NCBI GenBank assembly: GCA_036795065.1
Contig: DAIRFN010000002.1
Location: forward strand, 1-54,640
Source of the DNA: Vicinamibacterales bacterium
GTDB taxonomy: Bacteria > Acidobacteriota > Vicinamibacteria > Vicinamibacterales > UBA2999
Reading direction: 5' to 3'
DNA: 54,640 nucleotides
Positions within the stretch are counted from its first letter, which is position 1. Each line of letters opens with the position of its first letter. The notes beneath the pieces are model-generated. The model worked only from the letters and a program-made list of their open reading frames with translations. It was not told the DNA's origin and did no database searches. Made by a program: the position numbers and the translations under genes. Shown here in pieces: positions 37,215 through 44,436 of the stretch.

Positions 37215-39035
37215 GTGAACCCCATGACCGACCCGACCGGCAGGGCCGTGCACGCCGGGACGAACGAATCCCCCGCGGACCTGCCTTCCATCCGAAACGC
37301 CGCCGAACTGGCCGTCCTCACCGAGCTGGGCCGCGAGGTCACCTCGGTGCTCGACTTGAACGAGCTGCTCGAGAAGATCCCGCAGCTCATCTCGCGCCTC
37401 ACCTCGTTCACGGTGTTCTCGGTCTACCTGCTGGACGAGCGCCGCCACGACCTGCACATCGCCTACGCGGTGGGCTACCCGGAAGACGTGGTCCGCAACT
37501 TCCGCCTGAAGGTCGGCGAAGGCACGGTGGGCGCCGCGGTGGCCGAGAAGCGGCCCATCCTGCTCGACGACGTGGACAGCGACCCGCGCTATCACGCGGT
37601 GGTCCCGGGCGTGAAGTCGCAGCTGGCCGTGCCGATGCGGCACAAGGGCCAGGTGATTGGGGCGCTGAACCTGCTCAGCGACAAGGCCGCCGCGTTCACG
37701 GAGCGCGACGAGGTGATCCTGCGCCAGTTCGCGGTCCATGTCGCGCAGGCCATCGTCAACGCACGGCTGTTCGAGTCGGAGCGCGAGTACGCCGACACGC
37801 TCGAGACGCTGGCCGAGATTGGCCGGGAGATGAGCGCGATTCTCGACCTCGACGAGTTGCTCACGCGGCTCGCCCACCTCGTGAAGCGCATCATCAACTA
37901 CCGCATCTTCGGCATCGCGCTCCTGGACGAGCCCTCCCAGATGCTCGAGATGAAGCTCGCCATCCAGTACGGCGACAACCCGCGCGCGCTCGAGCCCGTC
38001 AAGCTGGGCGAAGGGCTGGTCGGGTACGCGGCGCTGCACCGCGAGCCCGTGCTCGTGGACGACGTGACGATGGACTCGCGCTACATCGCCGCCGTCGAGC
38101 ACGTGCGGTCCGAGATGGTGGTTCCGCTGATGCTGAAGGATCGCTGCATCGGCGTCTTCGACCTCGAGAGCCCCGAGCTGGCGGCCTTCAGCAAGAAGCA
38201 TGTGGAGCTGCTCACGCTGCTGGCCTCGCAGGCGGCGGTGGCCATCGAGAACGCCCGCCTCTACGAGTCGATTCGTGAGAACGAGCTCAGGATGGAGAAG
38301 GAGCTGCGCTTCGCGCAGCGCGTGCAGATGGCGCTCCTGCCGCAGGAGCTGCCGAAGCGCCTGCGTGGCGTGGAGGTGGCCTGGCACTTCGACGCGGCGC
38401 GCGAGCTGGGCGGCGACATCTACGATTTCCTCTCGCCCGAGCCGCAGACGCTGGTGGTGTCGGTGGGCGACGTTTCAGGCAAGGGCGTGCCCGCTGCGCT
38501 GTACAGCGCGTTCGTGGGCGAGCTGGTGCGCGGCCGCACCTTCCGCCGCCGCCTCGAGACCAGGCGCAGCAGCCCGGCAGTGGTGCTGAACGCCATGAAC
38601 CGCATCCTCAACGAGCGGCAGCTGGAGGAGTACTACTGCACGCTGTGCTATGCCATGTTCGACCTGCGGCGCCGCCAGGTGACGTTCGCCAACTCCGGCC
38701 TGCCGTTCCCGGTGCGCTACCACGCCGGCAAGGCGCGGCAGATTCCCATGCCCGGCGTACCCCTGGGCTCGTTTGCGGGCTCCACTTACGACGAGATCAC
38801 GCTCGACCTCGAAACGGGCGACGTGTTCGTGTTCTGCTCGGACGGCATCTTCGAAGCCTTCAACGAGGGGGGCGCAGAGTTCGGCGCGGGCCGCGTCATC
38901 GAGGTGGTGGAGCGCACCCATGCCCAGCCCGCTGAGGACATCGTCCGCGCGATCTTCGACGCCATGCAGGCGTTTCGGGGAGATGCGGAGCAGACCGACG
39001 ACCAGACGGTCGTGGTGGTGAAGATTACCGCGTAG
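37215..39035 (+). CDS. GAF-GAF-PP2C (SpoIIE/RsbU-type) serine phosphatase
   Basis: 606 aa. Two GAF domains (GEGTVGAAVAEKRPILLDDV; GEGLVGYAALHREPVLVDDV) and a PP2C domain (ELGGDIYDF, VGDVSGKGVPAAL, FCSDGIFEA, TDDQTVVVVK). Confidence 0.85.
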   Translation: MNPMTDPTGRAVHAGTNESPADLPSIRNAAELAVLTELGREVTSVLDLNELLEKIPQLISRLTSFTVFSVYLLDERRHDLHIAYAVGYPEDVVRNFRLKVGEGTVGAAVAEKRPILLDDVDSDPRYHAVVPGVKSQLAVPMRHKGQVIGALNLLSDKAAAFTERDEVILRQFAVHVAQAIVNARLFESEREYADTLETLAEIGREMSAILDLDELLTRLAHLVKRIINYRIFGIALLDEPSQMLEMKLAIQYGDNPRALEPVKLGEGLVGYAALHREPVLVDDVTMDSRYIAAVEHVRSEMVVPLMLKDRCIGVFDLESPELAAFSKKHVELLTLLASQAAVAIENARLYESIRENELRMEKELRFAQRVQMALLPQELPKRLRGVEVAWHFDAARELGGDIYDFLSPEPQTLVVSVGDVSGKGVPAALYSAFVGELVRGRTFRRRLETRRSSPAVVLNAMNRILNERQLEEYYCTLCYAMFDLRRRQVTFANSGLPFPVRYHAGKARQIPMPGVPLGSFAGSTYDEITLDLETGDVFVFCSDGIFEAFNEGGAEFGAGRVIEVVERTHAQPAEDIVRAIFDAMQAFRGDAEQTDDQTVVVVKITA

Positions 39036-39119
39036 CGAAGAAGCAGAAGTGGGTCCCCACCGGCGCTCCCGCGCCGGCCCTACCAGGGGGCCCCACCGGC
39101 CTACCCGAAGGGCCTTCGT

Positions 39120-39833
39120 CTAGTGGTGTTCGTCCACCGCGACGGCGGCGCTCAGGTAGATGGCGCCCAGCGTCAGGAAGATGAACGCCTGGAGGGTGCC
39201 GACGACGAGCCCGAGGAACTGGATGGGCAGCGGCATCAGGAATGGCACGATGCTGGCGATGATGAGCACGACGAGGTGCTCGCCGAAGATGTTGCCGAAG
39301 AGGCGCAGCGTGAGCGAGAGCACGCGCGAGAGATGGCTGATGATCTCGATGACGAAGATCACCGGCGCCATTACGATGGGCACGCCCGGCATGATGGCGA
39401 AGTGCTTGATGTAGGAAATCGGCCCCTGCGTGCGGATGCCCTGGAAGTGGTAGTAGAGCCAGAGGGTGATGGCGCACGCGAACGGCACGTTGATGTTGCT
39501 CGTGGGCGCCCCCAACCCGGGGATCTGGCCCATCATGTTGCCGATCCAGATGAACACGAACAGGCCGCCGAGCAGCGGCAGGAACTGGCGGCCCTTGGGG
39601 CCGATGGTGTTCTCGAGCTGCGACACGAAGAAGCTGACCACGTCCTCGAGAATGATCTGCAGCTTGCCAGGATTGTCCACGCTCAGCCTGGAGCGGAGCA
39701 TCAGGCCCAGCACGAGGACGATGAGGCAGATGAGGGCCGAGAACACCACGTGGTCGGGGACGTGGATGTGCAACGGCGCCAGCAGGGCATTGATCAGTTG
39801 AACAAGCGGTGAGGGGTGTTCAAGGGCTTCCAC
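39120..39833 (-). CDS. atpB: F0F1 ATP synthase subunit a (orphan; no adjacent c subunit)
   Basis: 237 aa polytopic protein with the conserved LSLTLRLFGNIFGEHLV (essential Arg) and LQAFIFLTLGAIYL motifs. GTG start at 39833. Confidence 0.9.
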   Translation of the reverse strand: MEALEHPSPLVQLINALLAPLHIHVPDHVVFSALICLIVLVLGLMLRSRLSVDNPGKLQIILEDVVSFFVSQLENTIGPKGRQFLPLLGGLFVFIWIGNMMGQIPGLGAPTSNINVPFACAITLWLYYHFQGIRTQGPISYIKHFAIMPGVPIVMAPVIFVIEIISHLSRVLSLTLRLFGNIFGEHLVVLIIASIVPFLMPLPIQFLGLVVGTLQAFIFLTLGAIYLSAAVAVDEHH

Positions 39834-39883
39834 AACCCACGGATTGTACTACTTTTTCACAAACGTCGATTGACCCGGGATGC

Positions 39884-39983
39884 CAGACACGGAGGGTCAC
39901 AGACACGGACGGGCCGCAGATGGCGCAGACACGGACGGGCCGCAGATGACGCAGATCGGACGGGCCGCAGATGCGCAGATAGG
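39884..39983. repeat. Tandem repeat of about 26 nt (CAGACACGGACGGGCCGCAGATGGCG), 3 full and 2 partial units
   Basis: Units at 39884-39899 (diverged), 39900-39925, 39926-39951, 39952-39975 (24 nt) and 39976-39983 (partial). The array lies 51 nt upstream of the atpB start and just after the lipoprotein gene stop. Confidence 0.9.
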
Positions 39984-39991
39984 TCCTTTAT

Positions 39992-40357
39992 TTACAATAC
40001 CTTAAGGCTGCGCTCCCTCAGGTGCAGGCCCACGGAACGGCCACCCAGGACCGCGAATTCCTCCACCTCGCCTCTTACGCGAACGCGGGCCCCCCTGGTG
40101 GGCGTGCGACGGCCGTCGGACAGCACCATGATCTCGGCGCCGCCGTCGCTGACGCGGTAGATGCGGTAGGGGACGAGCGGGATGCCCCAGGACGAGGTGA
40201 CCACGCCGGTCACGTTGACCGTGCGATCCACGTAGTGACCCGGATTCGATTGCACCTCGGCGATCGAGGTCGTACCGCCAAACGTCGCGCACGCTCCCAA
40301 GAGGCCGGCGGCGAGCAGGATCGCGACGAACAGTGAATGGTGGCGACGAGTCGTCAT
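39992..40357 (-). CDS. Small putative lipoprotein (hypothetical)
   Basis: The start is trimmed to ATG 40357, with GGGAGG 6 nt upstream. MTTRRHHSLFVAILLAAGLLGAC carries a lipobox Cys; the rest of the 121 aa is beta-rich. Confidence 0.6.
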   Translation of the reverse strand: MTTRRHHSLFVAILLAAGLLGACATFGGTTSIAEVQSNPGHYVDRTVNVTGVVTSSWGIPLVPYRIYRVSDGGAEIMVLSDGRRTPTRGARVRVRGEVEEFAVLGGRSVGLHLRERSLKVL

Positions 40358-40610
40358 GGCCGTTCCTCCCGTAAACGCGACAGCCGCGGACGGATCGTGA
40401 GTGACGCACCCGGGGCGCACGATGCCAGCGCCTGCCTGATAGTGGCACCCCGGTGATCCGCCGCGGCTACGCGCTGTCAATACAACCTGCATGCCAAAGC
40501 GGGAACGCACGAAAACCTTCGTAAAACAGCCGAGCAGCGGTCGCCGCCACGAGAGCGCGCGGGTCGTCGTCCTGAGGCGGGGACGCGGAGACGACCCCGG
40601 CAGACGACAG

Positions 40611-40690
40611 TTAGACAGGTGACGACAGGTGCGCACAGGTGCGGTCAGGCGCGGGCGGGTCCGAACCGGGGCGGATGGGTGCAGGCGGGC
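40611..40690. repeat. Decaying 10-nt periodic repeat (TTAGACAGGT GACGACAGGT GCGCACAGGT GCGGTCAGGC GCGGGCGGGT ...)
   Basis: Read directly. The units are phase-locked at 10 nt from 40611 and degrade toward 40690. They sit in the 432-nt non-coding gap between glnA and the lipoprotein gene. Confidence 0.7.
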
Positions 40691-40789
40691 CGGCCCACCG
40701 TAGCTCGCGGGCGAAGGATCGGGCGAACGCGAATGCAGTCGGGCCCGCGCTTGCAGCTCGCGGGGCGATGTCTCGCGGGCGAAGGTAGG

Positions 40790-42139
40790 TCAGTACACCC
40801 CCAGATAGCGGTCCATCTCCCACGGCGAGACGTGGCGGATGTAGTCGGCCCACTCCTCGCGCTTCGCCTCGAGGAAGTGGTGGAAGATGTGCTCGCCCAG
40901 CGTGTCGCGCACAAGGTCGTCCTTCTCGAACTCGTCCAGCGCCTCGGAGAGGTTGGCGGGGAGGTCGTCGATGCGCAGGTGTCGCCGCTCGCGGTGGCTC
41001 ATCTTGTAGATGTTCTTGTTCACCGGGGGACCGGGGTCGATCTGCTGATCGATGCCCTCCAGGCCCGCGCGGAGCATCACGGCCAGCGCCAGGTAGGGAT
41101 TGCAGGAAGGGTCGGGCAAGCGCAGCTCGATGCGCGTGGACGTCCCGCGCGCTGCCGGGACGCGGACGAGCGGGCTGCGGTTCTTGCCGGACCAGGCGAT
41201 GGCCGTCGGCGCCTCGTATCCCGGGACCAGCCGCTTGTACGAGTTCACCAGCGGATTGGTGATGGCGCAACAGCCCTTCGCGCGCCGCAGCAGCCCGCCG
41301 ATGTAGTGCAGGCACGTCGTGCTCAACTGCCCCTCGGCCTGCTCGTCGAAAAAGGCGTTGAGGCCCTCTCGGAAGAGCGACTGGTGCGTGTGCATGCCCG
41401 ATCCGTTCACGCCGAAGATCGGCTTCGGCATGAAGGTGGCGTGCAGGTTGTTCCTGAGCGCCACGTTCTTCACGATGAAGCGGCAGGTGCTCACGTTGTC
41501 GGCCGTGGCCAGGACATCGTCGTAATGGAAGTCGATTTCATGCTGGCCCGGCGCTACCTCGTGGTGCGCGGCCTCGACGTGCATGCCCATCTGCTCGAGG
41601 GCGAGGACGATCTCGCGGCGCACGTCCTCGCCGAGGTCCACGGGGGCGAGGTCGAAGTAGCTGGCCGAGTCGTGTGTTTCGGTAGTGGGACGGCCGTCGC
41701 GGCGCTGGAAGAGGAAGAACTCGGTCTCGGGGCCAGCCTTCATGGTGAAGCCCCGGTCGGCGGCCATCGCGATCACGCGCTTCAGCGTGCCCCTCGGGCA
41801 ACCCGCAAACGGACTGCCGTCGGGATTGGCGATGTCACAGATGAGGCGCCCGACCCGGGCGCCGCTCGGGTCGGTCCAGGGAAACACCTGAAACGTCGAG
41901 AGATCGGGCTTGAGGTACATGTCCGATTCCTCGATGCGGACGAAGCCCTCGATGGACGAGCCGTCGAACATGATCCCGCCGTCCAGTGCCTCGCCGAACT
42001 GGCGGTCCGGCACCTCGACGTTCTTGATCACGCCCAGGATGTCGGTGAACTGGAGCCGCAGGAACTTCACCCGCTGTTTCTCGGCCCGCTCCATGATGGC
42101 CCGCCGGAGCTCGGCGTGACTCGTCCCGCCTTTTCCCAT
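40790..42139 (-). CDS. glnA: Glutamine synthetase, type I
   Basis: 449 aa with VKFLRLQFTDILG, GSSIEGF, KPIFGVNGSGMHTHQSL and NPYLALAVMLRAGLEGI; the family is clear over the full length. Confidence 0.95.
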   Translation of the reverse strand: MGKGGTSHAELRRAIMERAEKQRVKFLRLQFTDILGVIKNVEVPDRQFGEALDGGIMFDGSSIEGFVRIEESDMYLKPDLSTFQVFPWTDPSGARVGRLICDIANPDGSPFAGCPRGTLKRVIAMAADRGFTMKAGPETEFFLFQRRDGRPTTETHDSASYFDLAPVDLGEDVRREIVLALEQMGMHVEAAHHEVAPGQHEIDFHYDDVLATADNVSTCRFIVKNVALRNNLHATFMPKPIFGVNGSGMHTHQSLFREGLNAFFDEQAEGQLSTTCLHYIGGLLRRAKGCCAITNPLVNSYKRLVPGYEAPTAIAWSGKNRSPLVRVPAARGTSTRIELRLPDPSCNPYLALAVMLRAGLEGIDQQIDPGPPVNKNIYKMSHRERRHLRIDDLPANLSEALDEFEKDDLVRDTLGEHIFHHFLEAKREEWADYIRHVSPWEMDRYLGVY

Positions 42140-42183
42140 ACCCGGATTCTAGTGCGCCCAACCGCGGACGGGGCACGAACGTC

Positions 42184-42243
42184 TCAAATCACGGAGGCTC
42201 AAAGCCCGGAGGTTCACAGCACGGGAGTTCAAGGCACGGAGGT
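42184..42243 (+). repeat. 4 x 15-nt tandem repeat, each unit carrying a GGAG(G) core
   Basis: TCAAATCACGGAGGC / TCAAAGCCCGGAGGT / TCACAGCACGGGAGT / TCAAGGCACGGAGGT at 42184, 42199, 42214 and 42229. The array ends 4 nt before ATG 42248. Confidence 0.9.
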
Positions 42244-42247
42244 CCAG

Positions 42248-43162
42248 ATGTCAGCGAAGGTTCGGTTCTGGTCGTTGGGCGCGGCGCTTGGAATGGGGCT
42301 GGCCGTGGCCGTGGCGTCGCTCGTGGCGCAGGATCGCGGGCCGGAGAGGCCGGAACCCGGCATGCGGCGCGAGATGATGGTGCTCGACGGGCGCGGCAGC
42401 CGGCTGGGCGTGATGGTCCGCGACCTCGAAGCCGCCGAGGTGACGTCCACCGTTCCCGGCGGCGTGAAGATCGACGATGTGGACCGCGACAGCCCGGCCG
42501 AGAAGGCGGGGCTCAAGACCGGTGACATCGTGGTCGAATACGACGGGGAACGGGTGCGCAGCGCGCGGCAGTTCACGCGGCTGGTGCAGGAGACGCCCGA
42601 GGGCCGCCAGGTCACCATGGCGGTGCTGCGCGACGGCACGCGCCAGACCGTCCGCGCCACGCCCGAAGCCCGCACGTTCTCGTGGAACATGGACATCGAC
42701 GGTGACCGTATCAGGCGCGAGGTCGAGCGCGGCATGCGGGGCCTCGACGGCCTTCGCGAGTTCCACGTTGATCCGCCGGCATTCAATTTCCGGTTCGATC
42801 CCGGCCGGATGGGCCGCGGACGCCTGGGTGTCACGATCGATTCGCTCACCGATCAGCTTGCGCAGTACTTCGGCGCCGCCGACGGGGGCGCGCTGGTGAC
42901 CGGTGTCCGCGACGGATCGCCGGCCGAGAAGGCCGGGCTCAAGGCGGGCGATGTCATCACGTCCATCAACGGCGAAGCGGTGCGTGACGCGGGCCGGGTG
43001 GCTTCCGAGCTGGCGCGGGCGCCCGGTGATGAGGTGACGATCGGATACCTGCGCGACCGTAAGGCCGGGACGGCCAAGGTCACGCTCGAGCCGCGCGACT
43101 CCTCACGCGGTGAGCGCGGGAGACGTCAGGTGCGGCCCGCGGCGTACACCCGGCCGGCCTGA
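42248..43162 (+). CDS. Secreted double-PDZ-domain protein (no protease domain)
   Basis: The start is trimmed to MSAKVRFWSLGAALGMGLAVAVASLVAQ (signal peptide) at the end of the 847-aa ORF 40619-43162. Two PDZ cores are present (DSPAEKAGLKTGDIVVEYDG; GSPAEKAGLKAGDVITSING). Confidence 0.8.
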   Translation: MSAKVRFWSLGAALGMGLAVAVASLVAQDRGPERPEPGMRREMMVLDGRGSRLGVMVRDLEAAEVTSTVPGGVKIDDVDRDSPAEKAGLKTGDIVVEYDGERVRSARQFTRLVQETPEGRQVTMAVLRDGTRQTVRATPEARTFSWNMDIDGDRIRREVERGMRGLDGLREFHVDPPAFNFRFDPGRMGRGRLGVTIDSLTDQLAQYFGAADGGALVTGVRDGSPAEKAGLKAGDVITSINGEAVRDAGRVASELARAPGDEVTIGYLRDRKAGTAKVTLEPRDSSRGERGRRQVRPAAYTRPA

Positions 43163-43217
43163 GAGAGCGCGCCAGTTGGGCGACTGAAAAGGAAACCCAC
43201 GGCCGCGTGTCTGTCGC

Positions 43218-44411
43218 TTAGCTCAGGTCGCCGATCCGTTCCGCCACGTGTTCGGGCGCGGGAAACAGGTTCGCCAACTGTGCGGCCACGACGGCGGCCA
43301 GGGCCGCGACCTGATCGATGTCGCCGGCCTCCTGCACCTCCGCGGCCAGCACACCACTCGGCCCGGTGGCCGAGACGATGGGCACGGCCACGGCTGCCGG
43401 TCGATCCTGGGCGGCGGCGCTCGTGGCGGGCGTCCGCGACCGGAACGCCGAGACCGTGAGGTTGTCGGCCGTCAGAGGCACGGTACCCATCCGCGCCAGC
43501 ACGTTCGGGTCGTATCCATGCGCGGCAGCGGGCGAGAGCGACTGCCCGTCGTCCGCGAGCAGCCACACGACCAGGCCCTTCGCACCAAGCAGGCCTGCGG
43601 CACGCGGCAGCAGCGAATCGAGATCGCTCGCGCTCGACACGCGGCCGAGGTCGCCGCAGAGGTCGGCCAGCGCGCGGAACACCGGCGTCGGTGAGGGCGC
43701 GACCGCCGCGGGTTCGGGCGCGGGCGTCTCGGCCTCGATTACCGTGGGCGCCGGCGGCGGGTCTGGGGGCCTGACCTCCGCAGTCGACAGAGTGGTGACG
43801 CCCGGCGGAGGTGCAGCCTCCGGCGTCCGGGGCACCGGCACCAGCAGGATCAACGCGACAATCCACACCGACATCACCGCGCCGGCCACGAGCGACTGCT
43901 CGTTGGCCATGGCGGCCTCGCTGGCCGACGACGCGCGGGCCATGGCCTGTCGGGCCGCGGACAACTCGCCGGATACGGCGTCGATGAGGTCGCGCGACTC
44001 GGTGAAGATGATGTCGCCGGCCGCCCTCGGCTGCCCCGTCCTGGCGTACTCGCGGGCGCGCACCTCGGACGCGGCGAGGCGGTCCATGCCGTCGAGGGCC
44101 CTGGCCATGGGATGGCCGGCCGCGCTGGACGCGGCATCGATTTCGAGCACTCTGGCGCGGATCGCGTCGAGGAGCGCCGCGGCGCGAGCCGACCAGAAGG
44201 CCTCGCTCTGTCCGGGTGCGATGTAGGCGTGAAGGCTGGAGCGCAGGTCGGCCAGCAGGTAGGTGGCGTCCGCGGCGGTGGCATCCACGTACTGCGATGC
44301 CATGCGCGCGCGGCCCCGCTCCTGCTCGTTCGTGGTCACTCGCCAGACGGCCCCCGCCGTGAGGGCCGTCGTCAGCAACAGGACGAGGACGCGCACCGAG
44401 CGTCGGAGCAT
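43218..44411 (-). CDS. Membrane protein: N-terminal TM segment, periplasmic helical domain, second TM segment, Pro-rich linker, C-terminal GAF-like domain
   Basis: 397 aa. VRVLVLLLTTALTAGAVW and AGAVMSVWIVALILLV are TM segments, the PPPGV..PPDPPPAP linker follows, and the C-terminal fold looks GAF-like. Function unknown. Confidence 0.6.
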   Translation of the reverse strand: MLRRSVRVLVLLLTTALTAGAVWRVTTNEQERGRARMASQYVDATAADATYLLADLRSSLHAYIAPGQSEAFWSARAAALLDAIRARVLEIDAASSAAGHPMARALDGMDRLAASEVRAREYARTGQPRAAGDIIFTESRDLIDAVSGELSAARQAMARASSASEAAMANEQSLVAGAVMSVWIVALILLVPVPRTPEAAPPPGVTTLSTAEVRPPDPPPAPTVIEAETPAPEPAAVAPSPTPVFRALADLCGDLGRVSSASDLDSLLPRAAGLLGAKGLVVWLLADDGQSLSPAAAHGYDPNVLARMGTVPLTADNLTVSAFRSRTPATSAAAQDRPAAVAVPIVSATGPSGVLAAEVQEAGDIDQVAALAAVVAAQLANLFPAPEHVAERIGDLS

Positions 44412-44436
44412 GGCGGCTCAGGATACCCCGACCGGC

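Noticed and set aside
39884-39983. The tandem arrays here and at 25329-25490, 40611-40690, 42184-42243 and 54013-54071 were considered as CRISPR arrays.
   Set aside because: The units are directly adjacent with no unique spacers, there are only 3-5 copies, unit lengths are 8-26 nt, and no cas genes are in the window. They are simple tandem repeats.
40481-40496. A sigma-54-like element on the minus strand, TGGCAT-GCAGG-TTGTA, 124 nt upstream of the lipoprotein gene.
   Set aside because: The highly conserved -12 GC is GT here, and no enhancer-like sites were seen upstream. I mention it inside the 40358-40789 finding but do not annotate it as a promoter.
42140-42183. A possible leaderless glnA promoter: a TAGAAT-like -10 on the minus strand 6 nt before the ATG at 42139.
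   Set aside because: No acceptable -35 lies at 16-18 nt spacing, and the glnA start itself is uncertain because a second in-frame Met lies 15 codons downstream. The evidence is too weak to annotate.
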